From Lama glama (taxonomy: Eukaryota), in NCBI GenBank assembly GCA_028534125.1, contig CM052816.1, forward strand, positions 57,662,313-57,726,000: DNA of 63,688 bases, given 5' to 3'. Position 1 is the stretch's first letter. Each line of letters opens with the position of its first letter. Under the pieces are notes generated by a model, which did no database searches, was not told the DNA's origin, and saw nothing but the letters and a program-made list of their open reading frames with translations. This document shows positions 13,851 to 27,030 of this stretch, piece by piece. Position numbers and translations under genes: made by a program.

Positions 13851-14199
13851 ACAATTTATCAATTCATCAGAGGAAAGAAAAATTTTCATAGTCTTCTGTT
13901 TATACTTCATGCTTATCAATTTGTTAGTCCCTATAAATCTCTTTACGTATGCCAAGGATCTAATATATCCTGTAGAACCAAAATTACTACATAGCACTCA
14001 TCAAATCCTTTCAAAGAACCCAATCTGGTATGATATGAAATAGTTCACAAGATAATCTGAAGTCATGACTACTTCTGGCCTATGAAATTCAGTACTGTAA
14101 ACTTGTGTTCCACCAACTCATAAAAATATCATGGAAAATCCAGTGATCTGTGTATAACATACATATAAAATATCATATACTTATTAAGGGCACTTGCTC

Positions 14200-14360
14200 T
14201 TCCTTTGCCTCTTTCGGATGCTTCCTCTATCCTCACCTTCTTAGTAAGGCCTTTCCTAAACATCCTATTTGAAGTTGCCAATTCCCCTCATTCCCACACT
14301 TCTTAATCTCCTCCTGTCCTTTTCTTCGCTCCATCACTCTCCACCATCTTGCATACTGTC
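14200..14360 (+). mobile_element. L2 fragment
   Basis: tcaccttcttagtaaggcctttcctaaacatcctatttgaagttgc. Confidence 0.6.
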
Positions 14361-14364
14361 TATT

Positions 14365-14500
14365 ATAGATCCTGGCTCTATATATCATGACCTCTCCAAT
14401 CTTGGTAAATCTACTTAATCTCTCAATTCTTTGATTTTTCTAAATATAAAATTGGACTAAGAAGAGTATCACACCTCTTCATACAGATGTTTCACAGATG
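14365..14500 (+). mobile_element. MIR fragment
   Basis: atcctggctct...cttggtaaatctacttaatctctc...ttctaaatataaaattgg. Confidence 0.5.
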
Positions 14501-14534
14501 AGTGTGGTGATAGAAAGTAATTCTAGAAAAACTA

Positions 14535-14990
14535 TTTTTGAAAAGAACCAAATGAAAATTCTAGAACTGAAAATTGCAATATCAAAAAAAAATACTGGTT
14601 GGGCTTAACAATAAAATAGAGAGACAGAAAAAAAAATCAGTGGACTTTTAAGTAGGTCAATAGAAATGATCCAATGTGAAGAACAGAGAGAAGAGATTGA
14701 AAAAAATGAGCAGATCTGCAGGGACTTATGGACAATATCAAAAGGTCTAATGTATGAGCAACTGGAGTCACTGAAGGAAAGGAAAACATGGTGAAGCAAA
14801 GAATATTTGAACAAAAAAGGATAGATTAAAAAAATATACAAAATTGGAGAAAGAGATGAATTTATAGTTTTATGGAAGGAGAGCAAGTCCCTCACAGAAT
14901 AGATTTAAACACAAACACACGCACTTAGGCACATCCGAGTCAAACTGCTAAAAACCAAAGTTTAAGGAGAAAAATCTTTAAAGAACCCAA
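14535..14990 (+). mobile_element. L1 ORF1 remnant (coiled-coil/RRM region), disrupted
   Basis: aagaaccaaatgaaaattctagaactgaaaa, aggtcaatagaaatgatccaa, gggacttatggacaatatcaaaagg, tcaaactgctaaaaaccaaag; contains stops and frameshifts. Confidence 0.85.
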
Positions 14991-15639
14991 AGGATTTTGT
15001 TACAGACTCATTCCACACCAAGTAATGTACTACAGCTTAAGCTTGGTGCACTTAGAGTACTGGGGGGAAATTTTCAGTGGAGGAGAAATTGCTGCTTTTC
15101 TCTACAGCACATCCTTTACGTGAGAAGCTCACTGACAATGAATGCCAGGTGGGATGGAGGCTGGTGGCTGGAAGGGAGATTAGCAGCCCTTCACTTCCAT
15201 TTCGGTTGGGCAGGATCTTCTGAATGGAGCACTATGCTGAGGGCTCTCTGGAAAACATAAAGACTTGACACAAATGACTCTAAAATCAGGGAAAGAGAAG
15301 TGAGATCCTCAATGGTGAACTTGAGAAAGTCTAGTGCTTCTTGGAGCCAGGGGAATTTTTGAAGTGGAATTGGGGGAAAGAAATTTGGGGGAAATGGGGA
15401 AGACCCAGAAGATTTTGATTATTTGACAGCATTTGCTCCCTTAACGTGATTTCTCTCCTTCTCTCACAATTTAGTTTAACTCTTCTCAAGGTGGGTAGGT
15501 TTCATGGACAAGTGTTTTGAAAAATATGAAGGCAGCTTCTTTCCCTTCCCTTTCACAAATAAATCACACAGTTCTGGAGATAACTGTAGGGAAATCAGTT
15601 TTCTGGGGCAGAATTTTGGCCCTGTTTTGGCAAATGTGA

Positions 15640-16460
15640 CTTCTTTGGTTCATGAAGGATGATTTTAATGATCGAAACCAATAACGCTAAATGTAAACCC
15701 AATTACTGCTTTTTATAATTGTATTTTCCGTACTAGACAGGAAATAAAGTCATGGTGCTTTTGTGTGTTGATATAAGCCTCTTTTTCTCTTTTACTTCCC
15801 CTTTCTAGTCCTACCTGTCATCTCTCACCATTTTTATGTTTTAGGATCCCGGAGGGAAAGGAGGAGCAGGTGCAATCCAAGAAATTGCAGAAGGCTGGTG
15901 ATGGAGGCAAAGCCCCAGTGTTGGTCCTGGGGCTGCATGCACATGGTGGGGAAGGTGCATCCCCGCAGCATGGTGGCGAGTCTTCCAGACCTGTCTGCAG
16001 CTCTTCCTGTAACCAAGAGGCCTTTTCCTGTGTTTGAACTTACCTCCAATGGCTGTCCTACCAAAGGTAAACAGCAGTGGTCTAAGCAAACTGCTCTTTT
16101 TCCAAAAGAAAGCTTTTAACTTTTCTTTTGGCGGGGATAGAAGGGGGTTGTTTGAGGACTGGGTGGAGGAAGAGAGGGGTGACGTGAGACCAGAGGAAAC
16201 CCAAGTGACCCCAAGCCCTGCCCTGTGTGTTTTTTTTTCTTTCTTTCCTTCTTTCTTTTTTTTTTTTCTTTTCACCTCCCTCATTATTTTTGGCTGGCTC
16301 CTTTGTGCAGCCTGCCTTCTATTCACTGACAGCTGCTTTGAACATCAGTCAGACCAGGTCATCTGCCAAGCTGTGCGCCCCTGGTCACATCACTCTGAGG
16401 CCTCCGGTTTGTCAGCTTCAAAGTGCCTCACAAGTGGTGACTTGCCTCCTTTGGGGTGAA
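15640..16460. promoter_or_regulatory. Candidate enhancer (repeat-free, motif-dense)
   Basis: Non-repetitive block with TAAT/CCAAT/GTAAAC/TTTTAT motifs at 15660-15750, TGACGTGA at 16180-16187, GGAA sites and retained CpGs. Inference only. Confidence 0.3.
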
Positions 16461-16802
16461 CATTAAAGAAGGGGAAGCCTGGACAGACTCAGGATACCAC
16501 TGGAATTAAGGCTGGAAGCTTCTATCTCATTTTGCACAGGAAGAAATCAGGACCAAAGAAGAGCGGTGAAAACTACTGCCAGGCCTTGTGGCCAGTAAGT
16601 GGAAGGATGGGGGCCAGGTCTGCTCATGGTTAATCCCTGGGGGTTTTTCCCGGTCCTGGCATTTAAAACTGCATTTGTCATGGAGTCAGCCTGCCTCAAG
16701 AGTGCCTCAGTGACAGTGACATTTGAGAGGGGATGGGGGTAGGAGAATGCTTAATGGATGGAACTCTACCCTCCTCCCCAGGGGAGTCTCTTCTCTTTGG
16801 TC

Positions 16803-16940
16803 TCATTCATTCATTCACTCACTCATTCATTCATTCAGCAAATGTCTATTGAGCCGTTTCCATGTGCCCAGTGACTCCCAGACACTGGAGACACAGTAAG
16901 GAACCAGCAAAGGCTGGATGCCTATGAAACTTACACTCTG
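16803..16940 (-). mobile_element. L2 3' tail
   Basis: (TCAT)n tail followed by cagcaaatgtctattgag...tgtgcccag...actggagacacag. Confidence 0.85.
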
Positions 16941-17521
16941 TTGTCTCTATTAGTTCCTACATAAGATTACTTTTTGATCAAAGAGTTCTGTAACTATTTT
17001 TTTTCTTTGGAAGAAAATAAACTCTCTTAATATCTAGCTTTCAAATCATTGACTGGTACTCATCACACACTCACAACACTAAGTAGAGATTTTGCCACTA
17101 CATAAAACAAATTAGCTGCTGATCTTCCAACTCCTGACAATGTAAAATCTATGAAGAAGAGACACCTGAAAAGAAAGTTTGCCTAGATAGTGTCACCTCC
17201 ACTCACTGACTGTGGGAGAGAAATGAAGAAAAAAATCGATGATATAGATAGTAAGCTGAACTCTTATAGTCCTTTATAGCAATACCAGGGGTCACTAGTA
17301 CATTCTCTTCTCAGGAATTCCATGTCGAATAGGATGAGCATGTGATCCTTTCAAACTGACCCTCTTTGTTTCGTGGTGGGTGGAGGTGGGTGTAGCAGTT
17401 AACAGCCTTGTTGAGTTTCAGGGTCAAACTGTGATCGTCACCAGCAAATATTCCCACATGGGAGTTTTGGTTTGAAAAGTTAAGGCCAAAAGTTGTAAAC
17501 TAACAGCTTCCCCAGTGCTAA

Positions 17522-18052
17522 TGTATTAATTATCTTTTAGGGTATAGCAAATTGCCCCAAAGTCTAGTAACTTAAAAAACAAATATTTATTATCTCACAG
17601 TCTCTATGGTCAGAAGTTCAGGAACAGCTTAGCTGGGTGGTTTGGCTCAGGAGCTCTTGTGAGGTTGCCATGGGAACATGGCAGGGGCTGCAGCCGTCTG
17701 AGGGCTTGACTGGGCTGGATGAGCCGTTGCCAAGATGGTGTACTCACAGGTCTGTCCCAGGAAGCCTCAGTCTCACTGCATGTGTCCCTTTCCACAGGTT
17801 ACTTAAGTGTCCCCATGGCAAAGCAGCTGATCTCTCCCAGAGCAAGCTATCTGAGAGTGAGAGTAGAGAAAACCCTAATACCTTTTATGACCTGGTCTTC
17901 TAAGTCACTCTTCATCCCTTCTGCCTTATTCTATTTATAGAAACAAATCACTAGGTCTAAGTGATTAGAAGATCTCAAGGGGTGGGGGAATTAGACTCCA
18001 TCTTTCAAAGAGAAGAATATCAAAGAATTCATGGGCATATTTTAAAACCATC
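17522..18052 (-). mobile_element. MLT1 (MLT1F/G-like) solo LTR
   Basis: tgtatta...cttaaaaaacaaatatttattatctcacagt, cagcttagctgggtgg, gggcttgactggg, agactccatcttt...atattttaaaacca. Confidence 0.85.
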
Positions 18053-18214
18053 AAATTCAGGCTCCCTTCACATTTAAATTTTACTTTTTCTTGTAGAATC
18101 TTAAACAAATCACATTTCATTTGTGAATACTTCACTGTATATTTTAAAAGCAAACCACCATACCATTATCATACTCCTAGAGATGAACAATAATTCCATA
18201 ATATGTTTTAAAAA

Positions 18215-18465
18215 CAACCTGTTTTAATGCTAAAATTTTTTAAATCAAGAAATTCCACATAAAAGTTCAGATTTCTGGCCTATTTTTAAAAATAAGATGA
18301 TTTGGTCACAGTAGGCCTATGTTCTCACATGGTCACAAATCACTTTAGATGGGACACGGACTCTTCGATTTGCCCTGACCCCCACCACACCCTATTGTGT
18401 TACACATGGGACACTGATTAAATGAGCCTGCCTGGTTCATTTAATATTTGAGTTTACTGCTGGTC
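18215..18465. mobile_element. MER102-like hAT-Charlie element
   Basis: aatcaagaaattccacataaaagttcagatttctggc...ccccaccacaccctattg. Confidence 0.65.
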
Positions 18466-19789
18466 TAGATCCAAGGAGGCTGAAAGGTGCACCAGTGGGA
18501 TTGAAGAAGGGGAAAGCCTGACCCTGGTGTGAGTTGGATCCCAGAAGATTAGGAAAGGGACAGGTTGCAGTAACCTTGGGTCTCACCTACGTAGGGCTGT
18601 AGAGATGACAGAAGTAAGTGTAGAGAACTGGGCAACATTCGCTTGAAGATTGAGTGGACTTTCCTGTGATAGAACTTGGCACTGAGGGTGTAGAGACATG
18701 AGCAGAACCAGTCACTTCTGAGGGGACCATGAATCAGCTAACAGGGATTGAGGCTCAGTGCTATTTTCTTAGGGCTGTGAAAGTCCTGGTTCTGTTTCAA
18801 CCTAAGGAAGGGTATGTGAGCCATGAAAACTAGTGGTATAGACCTGTTAACCAACTTTATCAAGGAAGGGGAACTCTAATCATATTTAATGTAATGTATA
18901 AAAATAAAGTTATTTCTTGTCTCTTATGTGCCACTGACACACAGGACCTTAGGGTGCTTGGAAAGAGCCTGTAAGTAAAAGAAAAGGCCTTTACGACCAC
19001 ACTGGAGGAAGACTGAAAAAAACAAGCCTACTGAATAATGGAAGTGAGTACTGGAGGAGGATGCTTGCTCACCTCTGGCCTGACAGTAAACTCACAGGTG
19101 CTTTTTAATATAACTCCTGCCATTCCCCAACTTAAAAATACACATTTGCTTCTATCAGATATTTGGAGCTCAGAATGCATTTTTCTGTAGAAACCACATG
19201 TTCCTTGGTGATTAAGTCCACAGGTCAGTCCTTAAGATTTAGTCCTGTAACTAAACTGTAACACTATCAATCTGCCATGTGTAACAGACTTTCTTTAGAG
19301 AATTTCAGCCCAGGTTCTAACATGGAATACTCTGCTAGAGTACATTTTCCCCAACCCAAGTAGTTCAAACACTGGATTCTGTTCCATCCCTCAGACTCAG
19401 CCGTCCCGGGCCAGCTTTGAGAACGCCACCAGCTTTTCAGTAGCAGCACTTGGCGTGCGCTAGAGGAAGGGGAACTCCACTGAATGAAGGTTAAGAAAAG
19501 TAGATACTGGGATACACATGAGGATAGTGACAGCAAAATATAAGCAGACCAGGAGGCTGCAGGGGAGCAAAGGCAGGTGAGTACTCAGCTTTGGAAGCTC
19601 TGGAAATAGGCGGTGGGCGCATGGTAGAAGGTGTTTCTGTTCAGAAGTGTGACTCTTTCATAAGCCAGCTGTTTGTGTGCCAGGCACTGCCTGTATTCAG
19701 TCCCCAGTAAATTCTTGTCACGTAACGTATCAGCGTGGCTCTCAAACCTTTCCATCTCATGGCCTCTCTAGGCACTGACACGTCCACCT

Positions 19790-20335
19790 GCATCTCCTGA
19801 TAGCCCTTCTTGTCACCATCAGATTTAGACTAGACTTTACAACTCTTTATCTGCTTCCACCCTTGCCCTTCCACAATCCATGCTTTGCGCAGTGACCAAA
19901 GTGCAGTGCCTTCTGAAATGCATGTCCGATCACGTCCCTCGCCTGTGGAAAATCTGTAATGATTTCCCATCTATTTTAGGATCAAGTTCAGAATCTGAAC
20001 TCAGACTCACCAGTTGCCCCTTGCATGAGCTGCTGCCTCCCCGGCACAAGCCTGCGCCTCCTTCAGGTCTCAGTTTATATGTCATTTTCTTAGGAAGACC
20101 TACCCTGACCTTTTGTCCAGATTTAATTAGTACCTGATTAAAAGTTCTCCAGACTCCTAGATTTCCTCTTCAGAGCACTGACTGCAATTATGGTTGTTTA
20201 GATATCCAAGCATGATTTGTTTAATTGAAAGTGTCTCTCCTCTACCAGGAAATAAAATCCGTAAGTGCGTTATCCACATCTAGCATGGGTCCTTCTCGTC
20301 CATAACACATACTCACTAAATGGTTGCAGAATAAG
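19790..20335 (+). mobile_element. L2 3' region
   Basis: ctgcttccacccttgccct...atcacgtccctc, ttcaggtctcagtttatatgtcatttt...accctgacc, tactcactaaatggttg. Confidence 0.75.
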
Positions 20336-20469
20336 CTTCTGTGTCATAAATGTTTACCTTGTATATTATAAAACCTGTTATTCTCCAATTCTCGGAACCG
20401 GTTTTTATTTAGAGGGGAGGATAATTTTGCTTTGTGGTTCAAACAGGCTACTGTTTAAATCTTCTTAAT

Positions 20470-20645
20470 TTTGTGATATTGGGGAGCATTGTAACATCTC
20501 CGTGCTTCAGTTTCCTCATCTATTAAAAAAGAAGAGGGGGTAAAGGACAATAATAGCACCTACTTTACAGGGCTTTTGTGATGATCAAGTTAAGTTGTGA
20601 CATGGAGAAGGTTTAGAACAGTGCCTGGACATAGTAAGTACATGA
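20470..20645 (+). mobile_element. MIR SINE
   Basis: ctccgtgcttcagtttcctcatcta...ataatagcacctac...ttagaacagtgcctggacatagtaag. Confidence 0.9.
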
Positions 20646-21379
20646 AAGATTTTCGCTCCTGTTCTTCTTTACTCCTAAGACTATGAAAAATCAGTGTTAT
20701 ATTAGGTGTTGGTATCATCTCCACTTGTCAAATGAGGAAACAAATGCATGAAACAGATTTTCTTAAGTAAGTTGTTTGTATGAATCCTTCATATCGTCTT
20801 TTCATGCTGAACAACAAAACAAAACAAAACAGCTAGAAAGAAAGAAAGAAATGCATGTTCTCACATTTTGGGAGCTGTGACTTGGAGGAGGATGTTAGGG
20901 CTTGGCAAGACAAAGAATAAATCAAAGAAACAAAGGAAGTTTCAGAGAAGTTTCAGGACCAGGACTTGGCCATCTTATCTGCACATCAGCATAAGAAAAT
21001 ATAGCCTGTTCGTGAGAAGCCCCCATGAGGGAGGAGAAACCCAGTTTCCACAGCATCTGAAAGGGAGATGGTGAGCCAACGATTCGTGACTCCGAGCTGC
21101 AGGCACTAGCATCTCCAGGTTGCAGCAAGAAGTGAGAACCGTGGTCCCAAACTGACCCAGAGCTCCTCAGGAACTCTACCAGTATCTCCAAGTGCATCAC
21201 TATGTTTTCAAACCAAATCCATTTGAATTTAAAAAAAAAAAACCTATGCCATGCATCCCATGTAAGAGGACATGTGTGCCAAAGAAACCAAGCCAAAAAT
21301 TCTGAATCACTGGAGTGGACAGCCTTCCTGGAGAGAGGTGAGTCCTGCACCAGGCTTTTGAAGAGATATCTGGCTGGGA

Positions 21380-21795
21380 CAGGAATATTCCTGGCAACCC
21401 ATTAGTAATGGCCCCAAACTAGAAACATCTCAAATGCCACCTCTGGTAGAGTGGATATATAAACTGTGGTACAGTCACGGAATGAAATACTCCCCAGCAA
21501 TGACACGGATTGAGCCGTAACTAAACTCAACCATAGAGATGAATCTCAACAAATACAATACAAAACAAAGTATAATTTGATGTCATTTGTTATGTAAGCC
21601 AGGTAATCTACATCTATGGCAGGTGTGACAATTTAGGACCAGGTGACCCTTGAGGAGAGATAGAGCCTGGAGGGCCACAGGGGGTCTCCTGTTCTGTTTC
21701 TATTATTCAGATGCGTTCCTTTGTAAAAGTTTACTGGTATGTATGTACATTTTTCTATGTGTGTACTGTTCTGAACATATGTTACATTTCAATCC
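21380..21795 (+). mobile_element. L1ME-like 3' end
   Basis: gccccaaactagaaaca, aaactgtggtaca, ggaatgaaatact, gatgaatctca, terminal atgttacatttcaat. Confidence 0.75.
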
Positions 21796-22369
21796 ATTTT
21801 TCACTACCCCACTCTCCATGGCCAGGGGTCAGATTAGTCCTGGGGTGAACAGATAGCCCTAGAGTTCTGGATAATCAGAGGGTGGACAAGTACCAATTAG
21901 GATGCTTCAGAAATGGGAAGCTATTTTGAGTAAAGCTCTTGTTTCTGCAGTACTGGCTCTGAGTCTTTGGTCACTGCTTTTGTCTTACTGAATTTTACCC
22001 TTGGTTTTTCTGCTTGTTCCCTGATCTTGCAGCCCTCTTTGTCTCTAGTCACATGATCTCTATGTCCAATGCAATATAGGCCTTACCTGCTAAACCAGAG
22101 GCCTGGCCATAGTCCTCGTCACTTTTCCTCAGCTGTCTGCAATAAAACATCCATCCCCTTCACTTGCCGTCAGAAGCTGAATAAATCATGAGATGGCTGG
22201 AAAGTAAGCTTCACCAGCGTGAGTGACCTGAGGAGACATCTCTCCTGTGAAACCTGATGGGAGGGGCTTAGGAATTTCAGCTTCTAGACACCCACTGTAT
22301 AATTTTACAAGTATTAGAGGATCCTCTTCATCTGACTGGCAGAGCAGGGAAAGAGGGAGAAGCCTGCTC

Positions 22370-22869
22370 NNNNNNNNNNNNNNNNNNNNNNNNNNNNNNN
22401 NNNNNNNNNNNNNNNNNNNNNNNNNNNNNNNNNNNNNNNNNNNNNNNNNNNNNNNNNNNNNNNNNNNNNNNNNNNNNNNNNNNNNNNNNNNNNNNNNNNN
22501 NNNNNNNNNNNNNNNNNNNNNNNNNNNNNNNNNNNNNNNNNNNNNNNNNNNNNNNNNNNNNNNNNNNNNNNNNNNNNNNNNNNNNNNNNNNNNNNNNNNN
22601 NNNNNNNNNNNNNNNNNNNNNNNNNNNNNNNNNNNNNNNNNNNNNNNNNNNNNNNNNNNNNNNNNNNNNNNNNNNNNNNNNNNNNNNNNNNNNNNNNNNN
22701 NNNNNNNNNNNNNNNNNNNNNNNNNNNNNNNNNNNNNNNNNNNNNNNNNNNNNNNNNNNNNNNNNNNNNNNNNNNNNNNNNNNNNNNNNNNNNNNNNNNN
22801 NNNNNNNNNNNNNNNNNNNNNNNNNNNNNNNNNNNNNNNNNNNNNNNNNNNNNNNNNNNNNNNNNNNNN
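22370..22869. other. Assembly gap (500 N)
   Basis: Run of exactly 500 N. Confidence 1.
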
Positions 22870-23279
22870 AGAGCTCACACCTGCCCCCTGAACTCCTAAG
22901 ACCCCTAATTTGGTAAAGGATATCCCCAATATTTTCTCTCTCCTTCTCTTCAGCCTTCCCATCACTTTTCAAAAACTGTGGCTGACTTACCTAAGACCTG
23001 TGCCACTTCACAGTATTTTGAGAACAAATTAGAAAGAGACCGTCAAGTTTTTCCAGAGATGATTAAATACAAGAAGTGTTAAGAATGTAAAGGCTAGGAC
23101 ACTGTAAATAACAGTTCTGAGATAACCCTGGCCAGCAGCAGTGTGGCAAGTTGCTTTTTTGTTTGTTTGTTTTTCATCCATCAGCAAAGATGGAAGCTTG
23201 TCATGGTCCATTTCATGAAGCTCAGTGACCAGTGCATAAATCTGCTATTTGATCCGGGAAGAACTGTAAGGATCTAGAG

Positions 23280-23952
23280 TCAGACTGAAAAATTACAGCA
23301 ATGCCAGTGTTTCAAAGAGCCTAGGAAGAGCCCAACGTCCTGGCTGACCTGCACGCCTGGCCCCCCCAGGCTGCAGGTTTGCCTCAGTTAACACAACAGA
23401 CCAAACTTGCCTTTGCTCAGAGTCGACATGACGTGATTTGTTCCCCTTTGGCTGTGTCAGTTCTGCAAACTAGATACTAAAGGCTGCAAGCTCAGGAGAG
23501 TCTGCCTTTCTGGAACACCATTTGTTTGGACAGGCCAGGCCAGTAAGGCTTTTCATCTCTTTAAAGCTCCCAGGGCAGAGAGCATATTTGAGGAATTCCT
23601 TTTTTCAAAGATTTTTTTTTTTGCCCCTTCCAACATTTTGTTTAAGAGAAAATGAGATGTCTATCTTCTGTTTCCTTATTTTTTTTCAGGAAAGCAAAGG
23701 GTTGTTGACTTCCTCCCTCTCCCCTCCCTTCCTTCCTTCTTCCCGAAGGTACTCATCTGAGAAAAAGAGAACGAAGTATTGTTCCTGTTCTCTTTCTTAA
23801 GTCATTTGAAACACTGTCCCTGCGAGTTCTTTAAGTTCCCTGCAATCTGTACACAAGAGAAAGAGGGAGAGAGAGGGAGAGAGACAGAGAGGCAAGGGAT
23901 CAGGTAAAGCACGGGGGCTGCCGCAGCCATTCAGACTCAGGAGCTGGTAAGT
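23280..23952 (+). promoter_or_regulatory. Candidate non-CpG-island promoter and non-coding first exon
   Basis: Repeat-free with several CpGs, TGACGTGA (23429-23436), a pyrimidine tract, a GA-rich leader (~23857-23892) and a consensus donor CTG|GTAAGT at 23946/23947. Confidence 0.4.
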
Positions 23953-26096
23953 TACCCATGCAATTGTTTCTACTTCCATTTCAATGTCCCTGGGATGGAG
24001 ACTGCTGTGGGCATCTTCAACAGAAAATGCCTTACTGGGTATAATCTTTAATCAAAGGGCACGACTAAAGGATGGCCCAGAATTTAAGCTTGTACTTTTT
24101 TTTCCCCCTAAGGAGAATACTGTTGTTTTGCAGAGCTAAGGCTGGCAGAACTGGACATAGAATTGCACTGGGGCTAAGGAGGACATTGTGTTAAATCTGA
24201 ATTTTGGCACAGATAAGGTGGCCGGGTTAACCAGGAGCCACTGGAGTGTGTGCTGTGTCTTACTGGAGAATTCACTCTTTCTAAGTGCTGTGTCCTGGGA
24301 ACCTTATCAGGGTGTCTGCTAAGAATTGTGGTTTGCTCTGGTGCTTTTGTTAGCCGTTGTCTAGATTGAGGTGCCTTCTCTTGTTCTTTTCTTTTCATCC
24401 AGCATCCCTCCAAAAGATGAATGTTAATTTATGACTATTATTCTGCATCACTGAGGTAGGAGGGAAAAAAGAAGGGACTGTCACTTTGAATTGTGCCGCA
24501 TGGGGGGTGCTTATATGTTCAGGTTCCACATGTGGGTTGAGTGTAAATGTATTATTCACTGTCAATGGAAGATGTCATCTGCCACACAAAAGAAGGCAAA
24601 TCTTTGGGGGCATGTAGCTTTAGTTTTGGAAAACAACATGCAACTAGAATAGGAAGATTGAGATCGATCACTATCTACAAAGGAATGAAAAACCAAGCTA
24701 TGTATTGAAAAATATTGACCCAGTGCCTGGTTTTTCAAGCACCAGATAGAACACAGCTAACTAGTCGAGCTTATACACAGAACTAGTTTTAAAAGTCTAA
24801 CTTACTTCAATTAAATTTGTCAGAAAGAATAATGTTACAAAGAACTCATCATGGTAAGCTACAAGGGAGCCAAGATCACATTGTCAAAAACAGGCCAGCA
24901 AGGTCGCTGGCAAAGACTGTGTATGTTTACTAATGTTAATCATTCAACTTAGAGAGGTTGGATGAGTGAAAGACAAAGAACAGAGGTTTTTTTTTTTAAT
25001 ATTCATTTCTATGAAATTTACTGATTGAAGTCATCTGGGAGGTGAAGAGTGTGATAAAAATAGCTGGCCTCTCATTTATAAATTAATTTGGCCCGACTAT
25101 GCATTAACTACAATCAAGTAATTAATCTTTATTCAAAACCGAACCATCATCTTAATAAGAGTAAGAAAATATGATAGAACTGGACTGTTAGGTAGGTTTT
25201 GTTCCACTAGTCAGACTTCTTTTTTCTTCTTTTTTCAAGCAACTTTCCTTAGGGGCACTATAAAATGAGCAAGGGAAAAGAGACATGATTAGAATTTCCC
25301 TGCTTGAGGAGGCAAAATTATGCTAATATCAGTTGAAAACTGTTTCCTAGCTACCCCACATCGTAGACCTTCAGGTCAAAAGATACCTGGGACTGATCAG
25401 TTTTGACATTTTGCATCTTATCAGCAAGTGTGACCCCAGTAGAAAACTTAGGGCTGCAATTTTGACTTGCCTCTTTCAGTTTCATTTTTCCTTTGATAAG
25501 GTGTTTAATTTTATGCCCAAATAAAACAGCTCTCTAGTTTGGGGTATTGAATCAAAGCATCAGAGACAACACAATATGAACTAAATGACAGCGGATCCAC
25601 ACTGACTAAAGACAGGTTAGGCAGAAGTTAGGTATGCCAATGGCGCAGAAAACAGCCCTCCTCGAGCCTGTGTCTTCACTGTGGCCCAAGATTAAGGAGC
25701 TCATACTCAGTATTTCCACTTAAGTTTTTCAGTCATGGCCATGAGAATATTTGTTGGATACTGGGGGAAAAAATTTGGCTCCCTAAAGAAAAAAAGCCTT
25801 TGACTAGTTTAGCCTAAGTGCTACCAATCTGTCTTTACTCAACTCCAAGGAGTGAGTTGGCATTTGTGGAAACTTCCAGGGTGTGATTCTTCTTTGGGGT
25901 CATCACAGGCTCTTTTGTGATATCATTAGGGGAACTCCAGCTTGGAATGAGCCAGAATTTGACACACAGAAGATTTCAGTAATTAATTTGTGCCCAAATT
26001 GTGCATATAACTAAATTACAAATTTGTCATATAAATGTTAAATTATGTTAGGATGTGTCCTGTAGGTCTGTGTACTGGGAGGTAAATCAAATTAGA

Positions 26097-26340
26097 GCAA
26101 GCAGAGCATCAAAAGCACGGGCTTTGTTGTTATACAAATCTGGGTTTGAATTCCAGCTTTGTCACTTACTGTGTAACACGTATTTCAGCCTGCTAATTAA
26201 CCTCTCTAAGTCTCAGTTCCCCCTAATGTAAAACTGCATCAACAAATAGAGTTGTTGTGAGGATTAAATAGGATTATTTATGTAACGCGATTAACACAAT
26301 GCACGGCAGGTAGTAGGAGTCAACGAATGTCAGCTGTAAT
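26097..26340 (+). mobile_element. Near full-length MIR
   Basis: ctgggtttgaattccagctttgtcacttact...aacctctctaagtctcagtt...gttgttgtgaggattaaat...gtaggagtcaacgaatgtcagct. Confidence 0.9.
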
Positions 26341-26972
26341 TTTTTAAGTCATATATTAATATTCAAGGATACTGTCTCTTTTGAATGTAGAGAGTAGACT
26401 ATATCCCCTATAATTTGTGTCGTTAGCCTTGATCAGTACTATACCAAGCGTCTATCAGAATAAAAATTATCCCTCATAGCTCTGGAGTTGGGCACATGTC
26501 GAATAAAACTATCCTGAACCCCAAATTCTTAACCCCAGATTCTAAAGCAAAGGAAAGCAGAGTTTAATGCTTTGATGTTCATCTTCGCTAATGGTAGAAA
26601 CACCAGATTTAGCCTCACTGAAATGCCAGATTAGCCTCAACAGTGCGGAGAGTTTGTCTTGGGATAAAAGTCTTTAACTTAGATGAATGTTTGAAGAAAC
26701 TGCATGATGTTGTAGACGTTTTGGTCTCCCTTTTACCCACTTCCCCAGGCTCTGTGCCGTTGGTGACCTTTTCCCTGGCCGTGGAGGGCTGGAGACTTTT
26801 TTTTTGGAGACCATCGTGGCAGTTCCATGACTCAGCCAGAGAGAAAAGGACTTGAAATGACAAGTTCTCCCACACCAAGGGCTAGGCACACTCAGAGATC
26901 CCTCTCCTCAAATATTTTAGTAGCAAGTCATTCATTTTATCACCAATAAATTGAACACTAGTATCACCGCAG

Positions 26973-26975
<3 letters not shown>

Positions 26976-27027
<52 letters not shown>
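26976..27027. repeat. (GT)26 microsatellite
   Basis: Perfect GT run read directly. Confidence 0.97.

Positions 27028-27030
<3 letters not shown>

Noticed and set aside
15841..16466. Overlapping 141-161-aa ORFs
   Set aside because: Lys- or Phe-rich stretches derive from a T-rich low-complexity tract; no protein resemblance.
22186..22972. The three longest ORFs (214-259 aa)
   Set aside because: Artefacts of translating through the 500-N gap.
26603..26639. Short direct repeat ccagat(t)tagcctca x2
   Set aside because: Two copies only; ordinary local duplication, not an array.
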